In this document: positions 38,143 through 49,242 of the stretch, piece after piece | Position numbering within the stretch: the first letter of the stretch is position 1 | Layout of the letters: every line of letters starts with the position of its first letter | Assembly (NCBI GenBank): GCA_010909165.1 | Contig: MU008191.1 | Span: 124,001-188,000 of the forward strand | Source of the DNA: Anthoceros angustus | Taxonomy: Eukaryota > Plantae > Anthocerotophyta | Direction of reading: 5' to 3' | Length of the DNA: 64,000 nucleotides | Translations under genes and position numbers: made by a program | The notes under the pieces: model-generated | What the model saw: the letters and a program-made list of their open reading frames with translations, nothing else | Database searches by the model: none | Told to the model about the DNA's origin: nothing

Positions 38143-39170
38143 GCCGCCTCCCTCCACGGTTCGATCACGCAGGTAGTGATCGCGATCGGCCGCCTCCCTC
38201 CACCGGTTCGATCACCGATGATCGCGATCGGCTCGCCGTGGCCTCCGCCTCCTTGGCCACCTTCACAGAGCCTCTCGACGGCTCTGGTCGTCAGGCTGCC
38301 TCCGCGAGATCCGCCCGTTCCGCTTGCGCGTCCTCGCTTCTGCTGCGCTCGCCCCTGCACTGCGAGGTCCTCCGCCGCTTGGGCCTCCTTGCACCGCCGC
38401 TTCTATTCTCCTCCGTCTTCAAGCGGGGGGCGTTCCACCTCGCTCGAAGTCTTGGATTCTCGTTGAGAACCCCACTGCTCCGTGCATCTTGGGTTGCAAC
38501 TCCAAGTGTCCTTCTGTTGTCCTCCGGCTCCACGCCCTTCTACCTCCTGGTGCACCACAGGGTCCCCAATCTCCCGGGTCTGGCCTCCAGCCTCCTCACG
38601 GCTCGGCCGTGCTTGCTCCTTGACCACTTGCTCGGCCTTGAGTTGGCTGGCTCTCGGCCGCCTCCCTCCACGGTTCGATCACGCAGGTAGTGATCGCGAT
38701 CGGCCGCCTCCCTCCACCGGTTCGATCACCGATGATCGCGATCGGCTCGCCGTGGCCTCCGCCTCCTTGGCCACCTTCACAGAGCCTCTCGACGGCTCTG
38801 GTCGTCAGGCTGCCTCCGCGAGATCCGCCCGTTCCGCTTGCGCGTCCTCGCTTCTGCTGCGCTCGCCCCTGCACTGCGAGGTCCTCCGCCGCTTGGGCCT
38901 CCTTGCACCGCCGCTTCTATTCTCCTCCGTCTTCAAGCGGGGGGCGTTCCACCTCGCTCGAAGTCTTGGATTCTCGTTGAGAACCCCACTGCTCCGTGCA
39001 TCTTGGGTTGCAACTCCAAGTGTCCTTCTGTTGTCCTCCGGCTCCACGCCCTTCTACCTCCTGGTGCACCACAGGGTCCCCAATCTCCCGGGTCTGGCCT
39101 CCAGCCTCCTCACGGCTCGGCCGTGCTTGCTCCTTGACCACTTGCTCGGCCTTGAGTTGGCTGGCTCTCG
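38143..39170. repeat. 514-bp essentially exact tandem duplication
   Basis: Identical ORFs offset by 514 nt (38291/38805, 38324/38838, 38403/38917). Confidence 0.92.
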
Positions 39171-42070
39171 GCCGCCTCCCTCCACCGGTTCGATCACCGA
39201 TGATCGCGATCGGCTCGCCGTGGCCTCCGCCTCCTTGGCCACCTTCACGAGCCTCTCGACTTGGCTCTGGTCGGTCGGCTGCCTCGATCCGCGCCCGTTC
39301 CGCTTCCGCCCGGGCGTCCTACGCTTCTGCTGCGCTCGCCCTCTGCTGAGGTCCTCCGCCGCTTGGGCCTCCTTGGCACCTTGTTCCTCGGTGAAGGAAT
39401 TTAGTCCGGTCCTTGCGGATGGACGGACCTCCCTCTCCGCCTCCCGTTTTCCTTCCTCAATCCTGAGAGCTTGGCCTTCCTTCTCGCCTCCAGGCCTCCA
39501 GCTGCTCTGGAGGAGTACCATGCGCTCGGGTGGCTTCCACCTCCACAGGCCTTCTCGGCCATCCCGCCAGAGCATACCGTCCATGGCGGTAGCAGGACCC
39601 GCCGTGTTTCCTTCCACGGCCCTGATGAGGCTCCCACAAAGTCCGTGGCGGGGCCGGCATCTCCGCGTCAGGACCTCCACCATGATCCGGAGCAAGTCGG
39701 TGGGTTCTCGGACAATCGGGACCCTTAGGTCACGAGTCTTGGCTCGGGCTTCCCCTCCTTGGCCCTTTTGCGCGAGCTCCTTCTCGCCCTTTTCCTCCAC
39801 GGGGCTCGGCGGAGGTGATGGAGTCAGAGCCTTTGCCCCTTCACTGTCGGCGGCAGGACCCGGCTGATCTTGCCGGTGTCCTCCACTCCTGGCGGCGTCC
39901 TTTACGCCCTCCTTGCTTCCTCGCTTCTTGCCACTCCGTCGGCGGGGAAGAATCTTGCACCGGCCCAGGGGTGCAGCGTTGGTAGCCGTGGTCTTGCGTC
40001 TCTTGGCTCTCTCACAGTCCGGGGCTCCTCGGTAGGAGTGATGGCGGTGGCGGGGCTGGGGTCAGGCTTCTGTGGGTGCTCGGTTGGGGCACGGAAGGAG
40101 GAGGCGGGTGCTTCCCATACTTCCACAGGTGGTGAGGGGTCCGTTCAGGGCGTATGGGTCAGGAATCCTCGATCGTCCTCCTCCGAGTCCGTTTGGTTTT
40201 TCGGCGACCGGCCTCCTCCTCCGGCCCTTGCCGCTCCACTTCGGAGCCTCGGTCCTTTCCGGGCGCTCGCTCAAGCTCTCCTTCCTTGAGCTCAAATGCC
40301 CCCATACATGGATCGGTATGGGGCGGCCCAGAATGGCGAGGCTTCTCGGTCCGAGCTTGCGAGCCTCTGGCTAAACCGGGCGAAGATAATCCTTCCCAGT
40401 CCGCCCTCTTCCCAGCTGCGCGTGCGGGAACACCAATAGATTATCACCAAGGTGATCCACCTTGGTAGTAGGTTCGATGGACGATGATCCGGGCCACCGC
40501 CCGACTCATTGTCAGCAGTCGGATATCGACCAACCGTTGGTGGTCCGTTGCGTCGAGCCTTAGCATCGGCTCTTTGGCCTATCTTCCCTTCGCCTTGAGG
40601 GGCTCGGCACCACTCCCCTCTTCCTCCTTGGGCGGTTGTAGGCCGCCTCCCTCCACCGGTTCGATCACGGGATAGTGATCGCGATCGGCCGTGGCCTCGC
40701 CTCCTTGGCCACCTTCACGAGCCTCTCGGCTCTGGTCGTCAGCCTCGCGAGATCCGCCCGTTCGCGCCGGGCGTCCTCGCTTCCTGCTGCGCTCGCCCTC
40801 CTGCGGAGGTCCTCGCCGCCCGGGCCTCCTTGGCCCCTGTTCCTCCGGTGAAGGAATTTAGTCCGGTCCTTGCGGATGGACGGACCTCCCTCTCGCCTCC
40901 GGCGTTTTCCCTCAATCGGAGCTTGCCTTCCTTCGCCTCCACAGGCTCCCTCCAGCTCAAGGAGTACCATGCGCCTCGGGTGGCTTCCTCCAGGTCTTCG
41001 GCCATCCATGCGGACCCCGAGCATACCGTCCATGGCGGTGGCAGGACCGCCGTGTTTCTCCACGGCGGCTGCTGTGAGGCTCCCACAAAGTCCGTGGCGG
41101 GCATCTCACGGTCCGTCAAGGACCTCCATACCCTTGATCAGCAAGTCGGTGGGTTCTCCGGACAATCGGGACCCTTAGGTCACGAGTCTTGGCTCGGAGC
41201 TTCCCCTCCTTGGCCCTTTTGGCGCGAGCTCCTTCTCGCCCTTTTCCTCACAGGGCTCGGCGGAGGTGATGGAGTCAGGAGCACGCCCTTTGCCCCTTCA
41301 CATCGGCGGCAGGACCGGCTCTGGATGCGTGCTGCGGTGTCCTCCTGCTCCACAGGCGTCCCTTTACGCCCTCCTTGCTTCCTCACTTCTTGCCACTCCG
41401 TCGGCGGGGAAGAATCTTGTGCCAGGGGTGCGTTGGTAGCCGTGGTCTTGCGTCTCTTGGCTCTCTCACAGTCGGCGGGGCTCCTCGGGGAGTGATGGCG
41501 TGGCCTGGGGTCAGGCTTCTGTGGGCCCTGGTTGGGGCACGAGGAGGAGGCGGGTGCTTCCACAGGTGGTGAGGGGTCCGTTCAGGGCGTATGGAGTCAG
41601 GAATCCTCGGTCGTCCTCCTCCGAGTCCGTTTGGTTTTCGGACGCCTCCTCCCTCGGCGCCCTTGCCGCTCCACTTCGGCGGGGCCTCGGTCCTTTCCGG
41701 GCGCTCGCTCAAGCTCTCCTTCCTTGAGGAGCTCGAAATGCCCCCATACATGGATCGGTATGGGGCGGCCCAGATGGCGCTTCTCGGTCTGAGCTTGCGA
41801 GCCTCTGGCTAAGCGGCGAAGATAATCCTTCCCAGTCGCCCTCTTCCCAGCTGCGGTGCGGGAACACCAATAGATTATCACCAAGGTGATCCACCTTGGT
41901 GAGTAGGTTCGATGGACAATGATCCGGGCCACCGCCTACTCGGTCAGCAGGTCGGATATCGACCAACGTTGGTGGTCGTTGCGTCGAGCCTTAGCGCCGC
42001 TTTGGCTGGCCTATCTTCCCTTCGCCTTGAGGGGCTCGGCACTCCCCTCTTCCTCCTTGGGCGGTTGTAG
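39171..42070. repeat. ~1.45-kb imperfect tandem duplication (39171-40640 and 40641-42070)
   Basis: Same landmark sequences repeated, e.g. GATTATCACCAAGGTGATCCACC at about 40439 and 41873. Confidence 0.85.
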
Positions 42071-42938
42071 GCGCCTCGGGACCTCAAGGTCCATCGCCTT
42101 GGGTCCTCCGGAGGTTCTTGGACCGCACCTCCTTATTGACCGCCCGGCATCTTGGGCAAACTCCGGACGGTGACATCAAATGTCGGACCATTTGGAACAC
42201 ATCCAAATGCCACTCCTGCACCAATTCTCCCGCTTCACGGGCGAGCCCAAAGTCCGGATAGCGCGGGTCACAATGTTGCGCTCCACAAGGTTCCATGGCT
42301 CCCAAACTTCGCGGGCTTTTGGGTGCCATCGCCTTCTCCTCCTTGGTTCATGGCGCTTGTGAGGCTAGCGGCACGTTGCGCCTTCTTGGCGCGTTGGCTC
42401 CGACCTCAGCGGTGAGCGCGCGAGCGTCGTGTCCACGAGATACCGCGGAGCGGTTGCGGGCGCGAGATCGCGTGTCTCGGTGCCGCGACCTTCTTCCGCG
42501 ACCACGCCTTGGGAGTAACGGCGGGCGCCTCTTCCACATCATGGCCGTGCGCGCACTGGCCCTGCTGCCGCGTACTCCTCGCGCGTACTGCGGCCTTCGC
42601 GCGCGTGCCACGGCCCCTCGCGCGGCGACGTGAATACTGCTATAACGGCCTCACGGCAAGGTTACGGTCGACCCTGCATGCCGTCCTCCACTCGGTCGTC
42701 ACGTGGCGTCGCCTGGTCAGTCCTTACGCCCAACTTCTAAGTTACTTTCCTGGCGTACTTATCACCTGGTCACAGTGGGTCGGACTTACCCGTTGCCGTC
42801 GCACGTTCCTCACTCCGGTCGGTATACTCCAGTGCCGTCCGAGTGCTAACCGTGCTTATTTCCTCCTTTTTCGCCTCATTTTATCCTTCGCTCCACAAAA
42901 AAACAAAATCCTACCTAATTTTCTTGAAGTCAGTCCAC

Positions 42939-44050
42939 TGAACATCTGAGATGGGCGCATGGCATCATGGCAATTTAATTAGCTTGGATGTGCAATGGCA
43001 CAAGAAGTACAGGATGTCATAAAGCTTTTCCTGCGGGTTGGTAGACATGTTGGACCCTTACCTCACCAGGAATTCTCCACGAAAACCTCTAGATATATAC
43101 CTTATTGTGGCTTTTGTTTTATGTAGGCTTGCAAAAGGACAATCCCCGGAAGATGTGGCAGACATCTACAGAGTAGAAGTTTCTAGTGTTGTTCATGATA
43201 CGCAACTGGTTACTAGAATTTTGGCTCATCCTCGTGGCCTTTGTGCTAGATTCATCAAGTGGCCATCATTAGAAAGACAGGCTGCAGTCTCTAGAGAATT
43301 CAGGGCGATCACTGGATTTCCAAACGCAATGGGGTCGATAGATGGTTGCCTTATAAAATTGTGGCAAAAGCCAGCGAGACAACACACACCTGCAGCTTAG
43401 TGGTGCAGACATGACATTTTCAACATTATACTGCAAGGAGTTGTAGATGTAGATGAGTTTTTCATTGATGTGTCTTGCAGGATGCCAGTTGGTCATCATG
43501 ATTTTGCAATGTTACAAGACAGGAGAATTTGGAAAAATTACTCCACAAGACTATCATGGATGGTCCTTGCATGAAATGATTCTTCAAGATCCTCCAGGTC
43601 TCAGACTTCAACGAAGAGGTCCTTCTAGGGTACACTTACCTCCGTATCTGCTAGGAGATAGTGCCTACCTCTTATTCCCCTTCCATGTGAAACCATTCAA
43701 TCGTGGAAGTGGGCTTGACAAAAGTGTGGAGCAAGAGCTTGAGCAGGGGCCGTATTACAGTGGAGAACGCATTTGCCAAGCTGAAAAACAGTTGGAGAAT
43801 CCTCAAGAACATGAACATGAAGTTGGATCATTGTAGCCAAACGGTTATTGCATGCTGTGCTCTGACAAACTATTGTCGAACGTGCGGCGATCCACCTCCA
43901 GACAACTTGCAAGGAGAAAGATATCCATGGCAGCTCAAAGGTATGGGAATACTTGGCGAAGCAGAGAGAATTTTGAACAGGAGAGCAAAGCAGCAAAGAG
44001 AAAACTTGTTCTTATTTTGGAAGCAAGAAGGGAACTTGCAGGCTCTATAG
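42939..44050 (+). pseudogene. PIF/Harbinger DDE transposase, 3' part, disrupted
   Basis: GFPNAMGSIDGCLI, LQGVVD, YLLGDSAY, RITVENAFAKLKNSWRIL, IACCALTNYC. Confidence 0.92.
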
Positions 44051-44059
44051 GTCAAGCAT

Positions 44060-44993
44060 ACATTGTTTTCTATAGTGCTCAAGTCACTTGAAGACAAAAT
44101 TGTTGTCATTGCACTTGTGTCCTTGCCTGCATTTCTTCTCGCTTTAGTTCGAACTCCAATCTGATTTTATTTATCTCTTGCATCTGCTCAATCTTTGTAA
44201 GTTCCACCTTGGACATGGTCTCTGCAAACGAAGCCAATGCCTTGCCAAACTCTACACCAAAATCAATGTCCATAGAACGTTTCCCCTTCTGTTTTCTAGT
44301 TATAACCCTTCACGATGCAATTCTAGATACATCGCAAGCTAGGGCTTGGTGTGCCACTAGAGTTGGTCAGGGTCTTTTCCAGAGTAACTTTGAAACATGT
44401 ACTAGCACAAAGCGGGACCCTTGTAGTCACTTTGTTCGCACCCCCTCAGAGACCTGTTGCAATGACTTTTGGGTAAGACAATTCCTTCACAGGAGAAATG
44501 GCATCCTCATCTACACTCTGGCAACAGTACCTGAACCTGCATTCGCAATGGAAAGAAAAGGTTCATCAGGGCATGCATCGTCTAAATTGATGATAGGGGT
44601 GTCTGCTTTCGGGTTACACCCATATGGAACACCTGAAACCTTGGGATTGTCAAACATAACAGCATCAAACAGCTCGAAATATGGCCATGTCGGAGCCCCT
44701 TGGCCTGGCTGTGTCTTCTTCTCTTTCTCCTTTTTGTAGACCCTCTTCAGGTTTTCGACTTTCTGTTTACAACCTGTAACTTTGAAAGCACAATACTGGA
44801 CCTCGTGGGCAATCTCTTCCCAAAGTTTGTGCTTCAAGTTACCTCAATTCAACATAACATACTTGTCGGCATAAGCATCTACCAAGGCGATTGTGCTATC
44901 TTGTGTCCAATTTGCGACAAGATGCCAAGGCTGGAGTGGACGTAGATTGTGTGAGGGCTAGCTCCTCCATATCTTCGACTTCCACATGCTCCA
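44060..44993 (-). pseudogene. Myb/SANT (trihelix-like) DNA-binding ORF of the Harbinger element; ends approximate
   Basis: LWEEIA..CKQKVENLKRVYKKEK..WPYFELFDAVM, convergent with the transposase as in two-gene PIF/Harbinger elements. Confidence 0.8.
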
Positions 44994-45019
44994 TAGGCTA
45001 TAATGAAAGAAGCAAGTGC

Positions 45020-45280
45020 GCGATGGCAACCCTAGCGAAATGGCAACTCTAGCGCAAGGCAACTCCAATGCGATGGCAACCCCAGCGAAATGGCAACTTC
45101 AGCGCAAGGCAACTCCAAAAAGGTAACCCTAGTGAAATGGCAACTCCAGCGCAAGGCCACTCCAATGCGATGGCAACCTCGGCGAAATGGCAACTTCAGT
45201 GCAAGGCAACTCCAACGCGATGGCAACCCCAGTGAAATGGCAACTCCAGCGCAAGGCAACTCCAACGCGATGGGCAACTT
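45020..45280. repeat. GGCAAC-containing ~17-bp units in a ~50-bp higher-order tandem array
   Basis: GCGATGGCAACCC.AGCGAAATGGCAACT..AGCGCAAGGCAACTCCAA repeated about 5 times. Confidence 0.9.
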
Positions 45281-45740
45281 TAGTGCGATGCCAACTTGCA
45301 GGGCCGAGTTCTATTTTTACACCCGGTCCACATTTCCCACCCCTCCCTTAGTGTGGTACGTACTGCGGTACAAAGTTGGATACTAGGAAAGGACGCGGTT
45401 TTGCCATTCTTATAGCCATATGTACCATGCTTTCCTTTATTAGTCGATTCCATACAGTGTGAGATTCCGCAGTATGGCTCAATGTGCAATGAGAACAGCC
45501 CTCCAGGCTGTTGTGAAATAAGGAAAACATTGGACATTCAATGTCAATAATTCATGAGCTTCTGAATCACTACAGAAACAATTACAATGGGACGACAATT
45601 ACATTGTCGATGCTAATCTTTTGACCCATCAGCAATGCATTGTGCGATAAAAACATCACCTATATCTACCGAACTGGTCGTTGTTGATGCCTTCACAATT
45701 TGAATCTTCTTGACCAATGATCGATAACACTATATGGCGC

Positions 45741-46409
45741 TCAGAATGAGGCCAACACGCAAACCAAACAAGCTACCCACAAGATTGATGACAAGATGAA
45801 AATGGCTAGGCTACTCAATTTTAAAAGTCCAAATAAGATGAAAAGTAAGCCCCCTCCAATCACAAAAATCTCAGCTAACATTGGCACTGGATGCGCATTA
45901 CTTGTCAAACGTGCAGGAAGCCGAGTTCTTCCTTCGAACAACGAGATGACCACCACCCGTACAGAAAACACCGCCACGCATGCGGCAAGCATTGCCGCAT
46001 TTGCAGTAAGCATTGTACAATGTACAGTAGAGACGGAGACCCACGGAAACTTGATTAGATCATCCAAACTTTCCGGCCGGTGCAGTAAGAACAACCAAAT
46101 GATGCCAAGTGAGAGTTTCAAAGCAAATGGGATATCCGCAAATAGGACATCTGCTTGCTGGTCATTGACTTCAACAGGTTTGATTGCTCCATGGCCATTC
46201 CCACCTTGTACATCCACTCCATCATCTGAGTGGTCATTCTCACCCAGTGTCTTCACTTCACCCTGTGAGAGAAGCAAACGATGAGCACTGCTAGCTTCAT
46301 CTTGATGTGACGAGAAACCCATCGCTACCGGCTTTGTCCCGGGCAATGAATTTTCAGCCCTGGATTCGAAATCCACCATTAGAAACCCCTCTACTTCTGA
46401 ATCACTCAT
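45741..46409 (-). CDS. Hypothetical membrane protein (~222 aa; acidic N-terminus, about 4 hydrophobic segments)
   Basis: Uninterrupted ORF in AT-richer DNA, with hydrophobic helices in the C-terminal half. No family recognised. Confidence 0.55.
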   Translation of the reverse strand: MSDSEVEGFLMVDFESRAENSLPGTKPVAMGFSSHQDEASSAHRLLLSQGEVKTLGENDHSDDGVDVQGGNGHGAIKPVEVNDQQADVLFADIPFALKLSLGIIWLFLLHRPESLDDLIKFPWVSVSTVHCTMLTANAAMLAACVAVFSVRVVVISLFEGRTRLPARLTSNAHPVPMLAEIFVIGGGLLFILFGLLKLSSLAIFILSSILWVACLVCVLASF

Positions 46410-47787
46410 AATGAATTTTTGGCCCACAATCCCCTTGTTTGCCCACCAAGGAGATGCGACACGAGCTAAACGCACAAACGTGTACAAAAGAGATCAAAGG
46501 AAAAGGAGACTCAACTATGTCTATGTAAATCCTAGGGTCTACACCAACATATGTAGTCTTCTACATGTGTAATCTCTCGATAAGAAGAGATCAATTTATT
46601 AAAACAAATTAAAACAATTATATTAGATATATAATAGTACTGAGTTATTAATTAATCATCTTAAATATATCATTATAATTTGTAGAGTACAGTTTTAACC
46701 CTAAACCTGGTCTTTATATATCCGTTTTCCTAATTGGGACCTCTTAACTCCATAAGGACAATGCTACTCAAATCGGTGTCATTTTGCCTTTTTTTTGAAC
46801 AAAAATTATAAAATACATGGTTGCCTACTATGTGAAATTATCAGCTCTATCTTCCATTATTTTTTTTCCAGAAAACTCTTATTTTAGGCCATGAATTTAA
46901 AAGAAACTTCTATAGAAAAGTCCTACCATGGTGGGCTCTAATAATGGGGTCCTTCAACGGTGTCTAAAATCCACATGCGTCACCTTCTGCACCCAAACTT
47001 CAAGCCTCACGGCGTTTGTGCCACCCTTTGGCCTTCATGGAAGGCCAGCCAATCATTGCCTCGCTCTCCACGCCCGAAACTCTAATTGCCGGTGCCTTCC
47101 CGCTATTTTCCTTAGCTTTGCCATTGGCTAAACTTACTTTGACATATGCGGCCACCTGCCATCTCCTCCATTATTCCACTTCTATACACCAGTATCAACG
47201 GCGCTCTAACGCGTCCTAACTCTCCTTCTTTCCCATTTGCGGAAGCTTGGTTACAATCTCTGCTCATTAAAGAAGGTCTCCTAAGAAGTGGAGACAGGCT
47301 ACACTTTTTAGAGACTGAGGTCGTTTTGGCCAAATTTGACCTCTAAAATGAAAACGAAACGCTCTTTTGAGGGTTTTTCCAGAAAAGAAGCCCAAAAACA
47401 CACTTTTTGGGGGACCTAACGTTGTCAAAAGCAATTTTTCTAGGTTTCTCATGCCTTGGGACCCTACTTGGAATGATCTAGGATTTTACCTGGTTTGAAA
47501 AAATCCCATTTTTCACATTTTTCGAGCAGATTCAAAGCACACTACCAACATTAATGACATAACGCTATTTTATAGATTGGTTGAGGCAAGCTGTAAATGG
47601 TGCCGATGCTTTATAAAAAATTATGTTCCAAAGAAACGGAACAGATATGAGTATAAATATCACCGTAATTTCAAAACTACATATCATCATCACTCCTAGG
47701 AAAAGTGTAGGTTTACCATGGATATTACTAAGGAATTCAAAACGTAATTTACTACTTATGTAGTACAACGATAGTAGTAAATGGCTA

Positions 47788-47892
47788 TCGATTGAAACGC
47801 GGCAAACAGAGCCTATCATTCTCTTGGGAGCGGACTCCTTACTACAACGACACGGGATTGTGCCGCCTACGGCCATCGGTAAAGTCGCTACT
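47788..47892 (+). mobile_element. Short remnant of the gypsy LTR 3' end
   Basis: GAGCCTATCATT..CTACAACGACACGGGATTGTG..AAAGTCGC matches the LTR terminus. Confidence 0.8.
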
Positions 47893-48708
47893 GCAGTCTT
47901 GAACAAATGGAGTGCGAAGATGCTAAACTGCTTTAGCCTGCCAAGCGGACAAAAGCTAAGCAACAGCATGTCTCCACTCACAGATGTTGAGAAGGCACAA
48001 ATGCTGAATATTTCTTATAGACAAGGAGTAGGGAAACTTATCTATGCCGCAAACACCACTCGTCCAGAAGTCGCTTGTGCTACAAGCATTCTTTCGCAAT
48101 GCCTTGAAAACCCTGGACAACAGCATTGGTAAAGTGTTAAGTGTGTATTTCGTTAATTGAAGGGAACACCACACATAGGCATCAAGTACTGCTATAAAAA
48201 AGGAAAAGGTCTTGATCTTACGGTTTACACTGATTTAGACTATGCAGGAGATATAGACACTCGAAGATCAATGTCTAGGTATGTAGTTTGTATGGCAGGT
48301 GGCCCTATATGTTGGTCTAGCAAGAAGCAGCCAACAGTGGCTCTCTCTAGTACAGAAGCTGAGTATCGAGTTTTAACAGCCGCAGCTACGGAGGTGGTTT
48401 GGTGTAAACTGCTTCTCAAAGAGCTTGGCTTGCAGATACCAACCTGTACAGTTATCAGAACTGATAATCAAGGAGCAATGGCATTTGCAAGAAACCCTCT
48501 GTTTCACTCTCAAACCAAACACATTGGTGTGGAGTATCACTACATCAGAGAACTAGTGACATTAGGGCAGATAGGATTAGAATACATACCAACTCAAGAC
48601 AACCCTGCAGATATCTTTACGAAAGCTCTCGGAAAGGAGCTACATGAAAAACATGTTAAAGGTCTGAGTTTAGGTGAGTCATCCACCTTCCTAGCTAACC
48701 CACCATAG
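47893..48708 (+). pseudogene. Ty1/copia RT C-terminus and RNase H fragment
   Basis: YRQGVGKLIY..TRPEV, YTD.DYAGD..TRRS, WSSKKQPTVALSSTEAEY, DNQGA, KHI..YHYIRE, ADIFTKAL. One in-frame stop at about 48130. Confidence 0.95.
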
Positions 48709-49242
48709 TCTACTTCTAAGAGGAACTCAATAACTGAAGTCCGATGAGGACTCATAGCTGATTGAACACTCATCTCCTGAACGTGGAGAGATTGAATCAG
48801 AAATACTGTCTTCAGTAGGGTTCTCATAGTCTGGTTCATAGGGTGACAAGAAGCTCTCATTGGACCTCGGAGAGTTGTGTGTCATGCGTTCTTGGTAGGA
48901 TAGCCTCTCCTCAGTCTCCAAGCTTTTCTCTCTCTCAATCCGGTCTTTAGATCCTGTTGGAAGCAGTAGGAGTGAGCAAGTTATCAAAATACATACATAA
49001 TATTGAAGAAGAAAAGTCAGTAGTGACGAATAAAGTGGAACTTACTGTAAACACTGAACACGCGGCCAAGAAACTGTTGACATATATGGACTCTAACACG
49101 AACCATTCTTATGCGCGTGTACCTATACTTGTACCAAATTGGAGAGCAAGGCTGGCTGCAATTGCCGAGACTCACAATTCTCGTTTCCTTGTCAAAGTCC
49201 CCGTGGGGGAACTTCCAAGGCACAGGCGGCCCGGAATCAGAG

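Larger units (their letters stand above)
26232..42938 (-). mobile_element. Full-length Athila-like Ty3/gypsy retrotransposon (~16.7 kb) with giant coding LTRs
   Basis: 5' LTR 36025-42938, PBS 36007-36021, gag-pol 30676-35985, PPT 30643-30654, 3' LTR 26232-30642. Flanks CGAA/TGAA. Removal restores the Harbinger frame. Confidence 0.88.
36025..42938 (-). repeat. 5' LTR, expanded to ~6.9 kb by internal duplications; ORF ATG at 42329
   Basis: Colinear with the 3' LTR, plus extra copies at 38143-39170 and 39171-42070. Confidence 0.85.

Noticed and set aside
38482-39867. Long + strand ORFs in the LTRs (461, 353, 328 aa) and in gag (340 aa)
   Set aside because: Antisense shadows of GC-rich coding sequence, with low-complexity Ser/Pro/Leu content.
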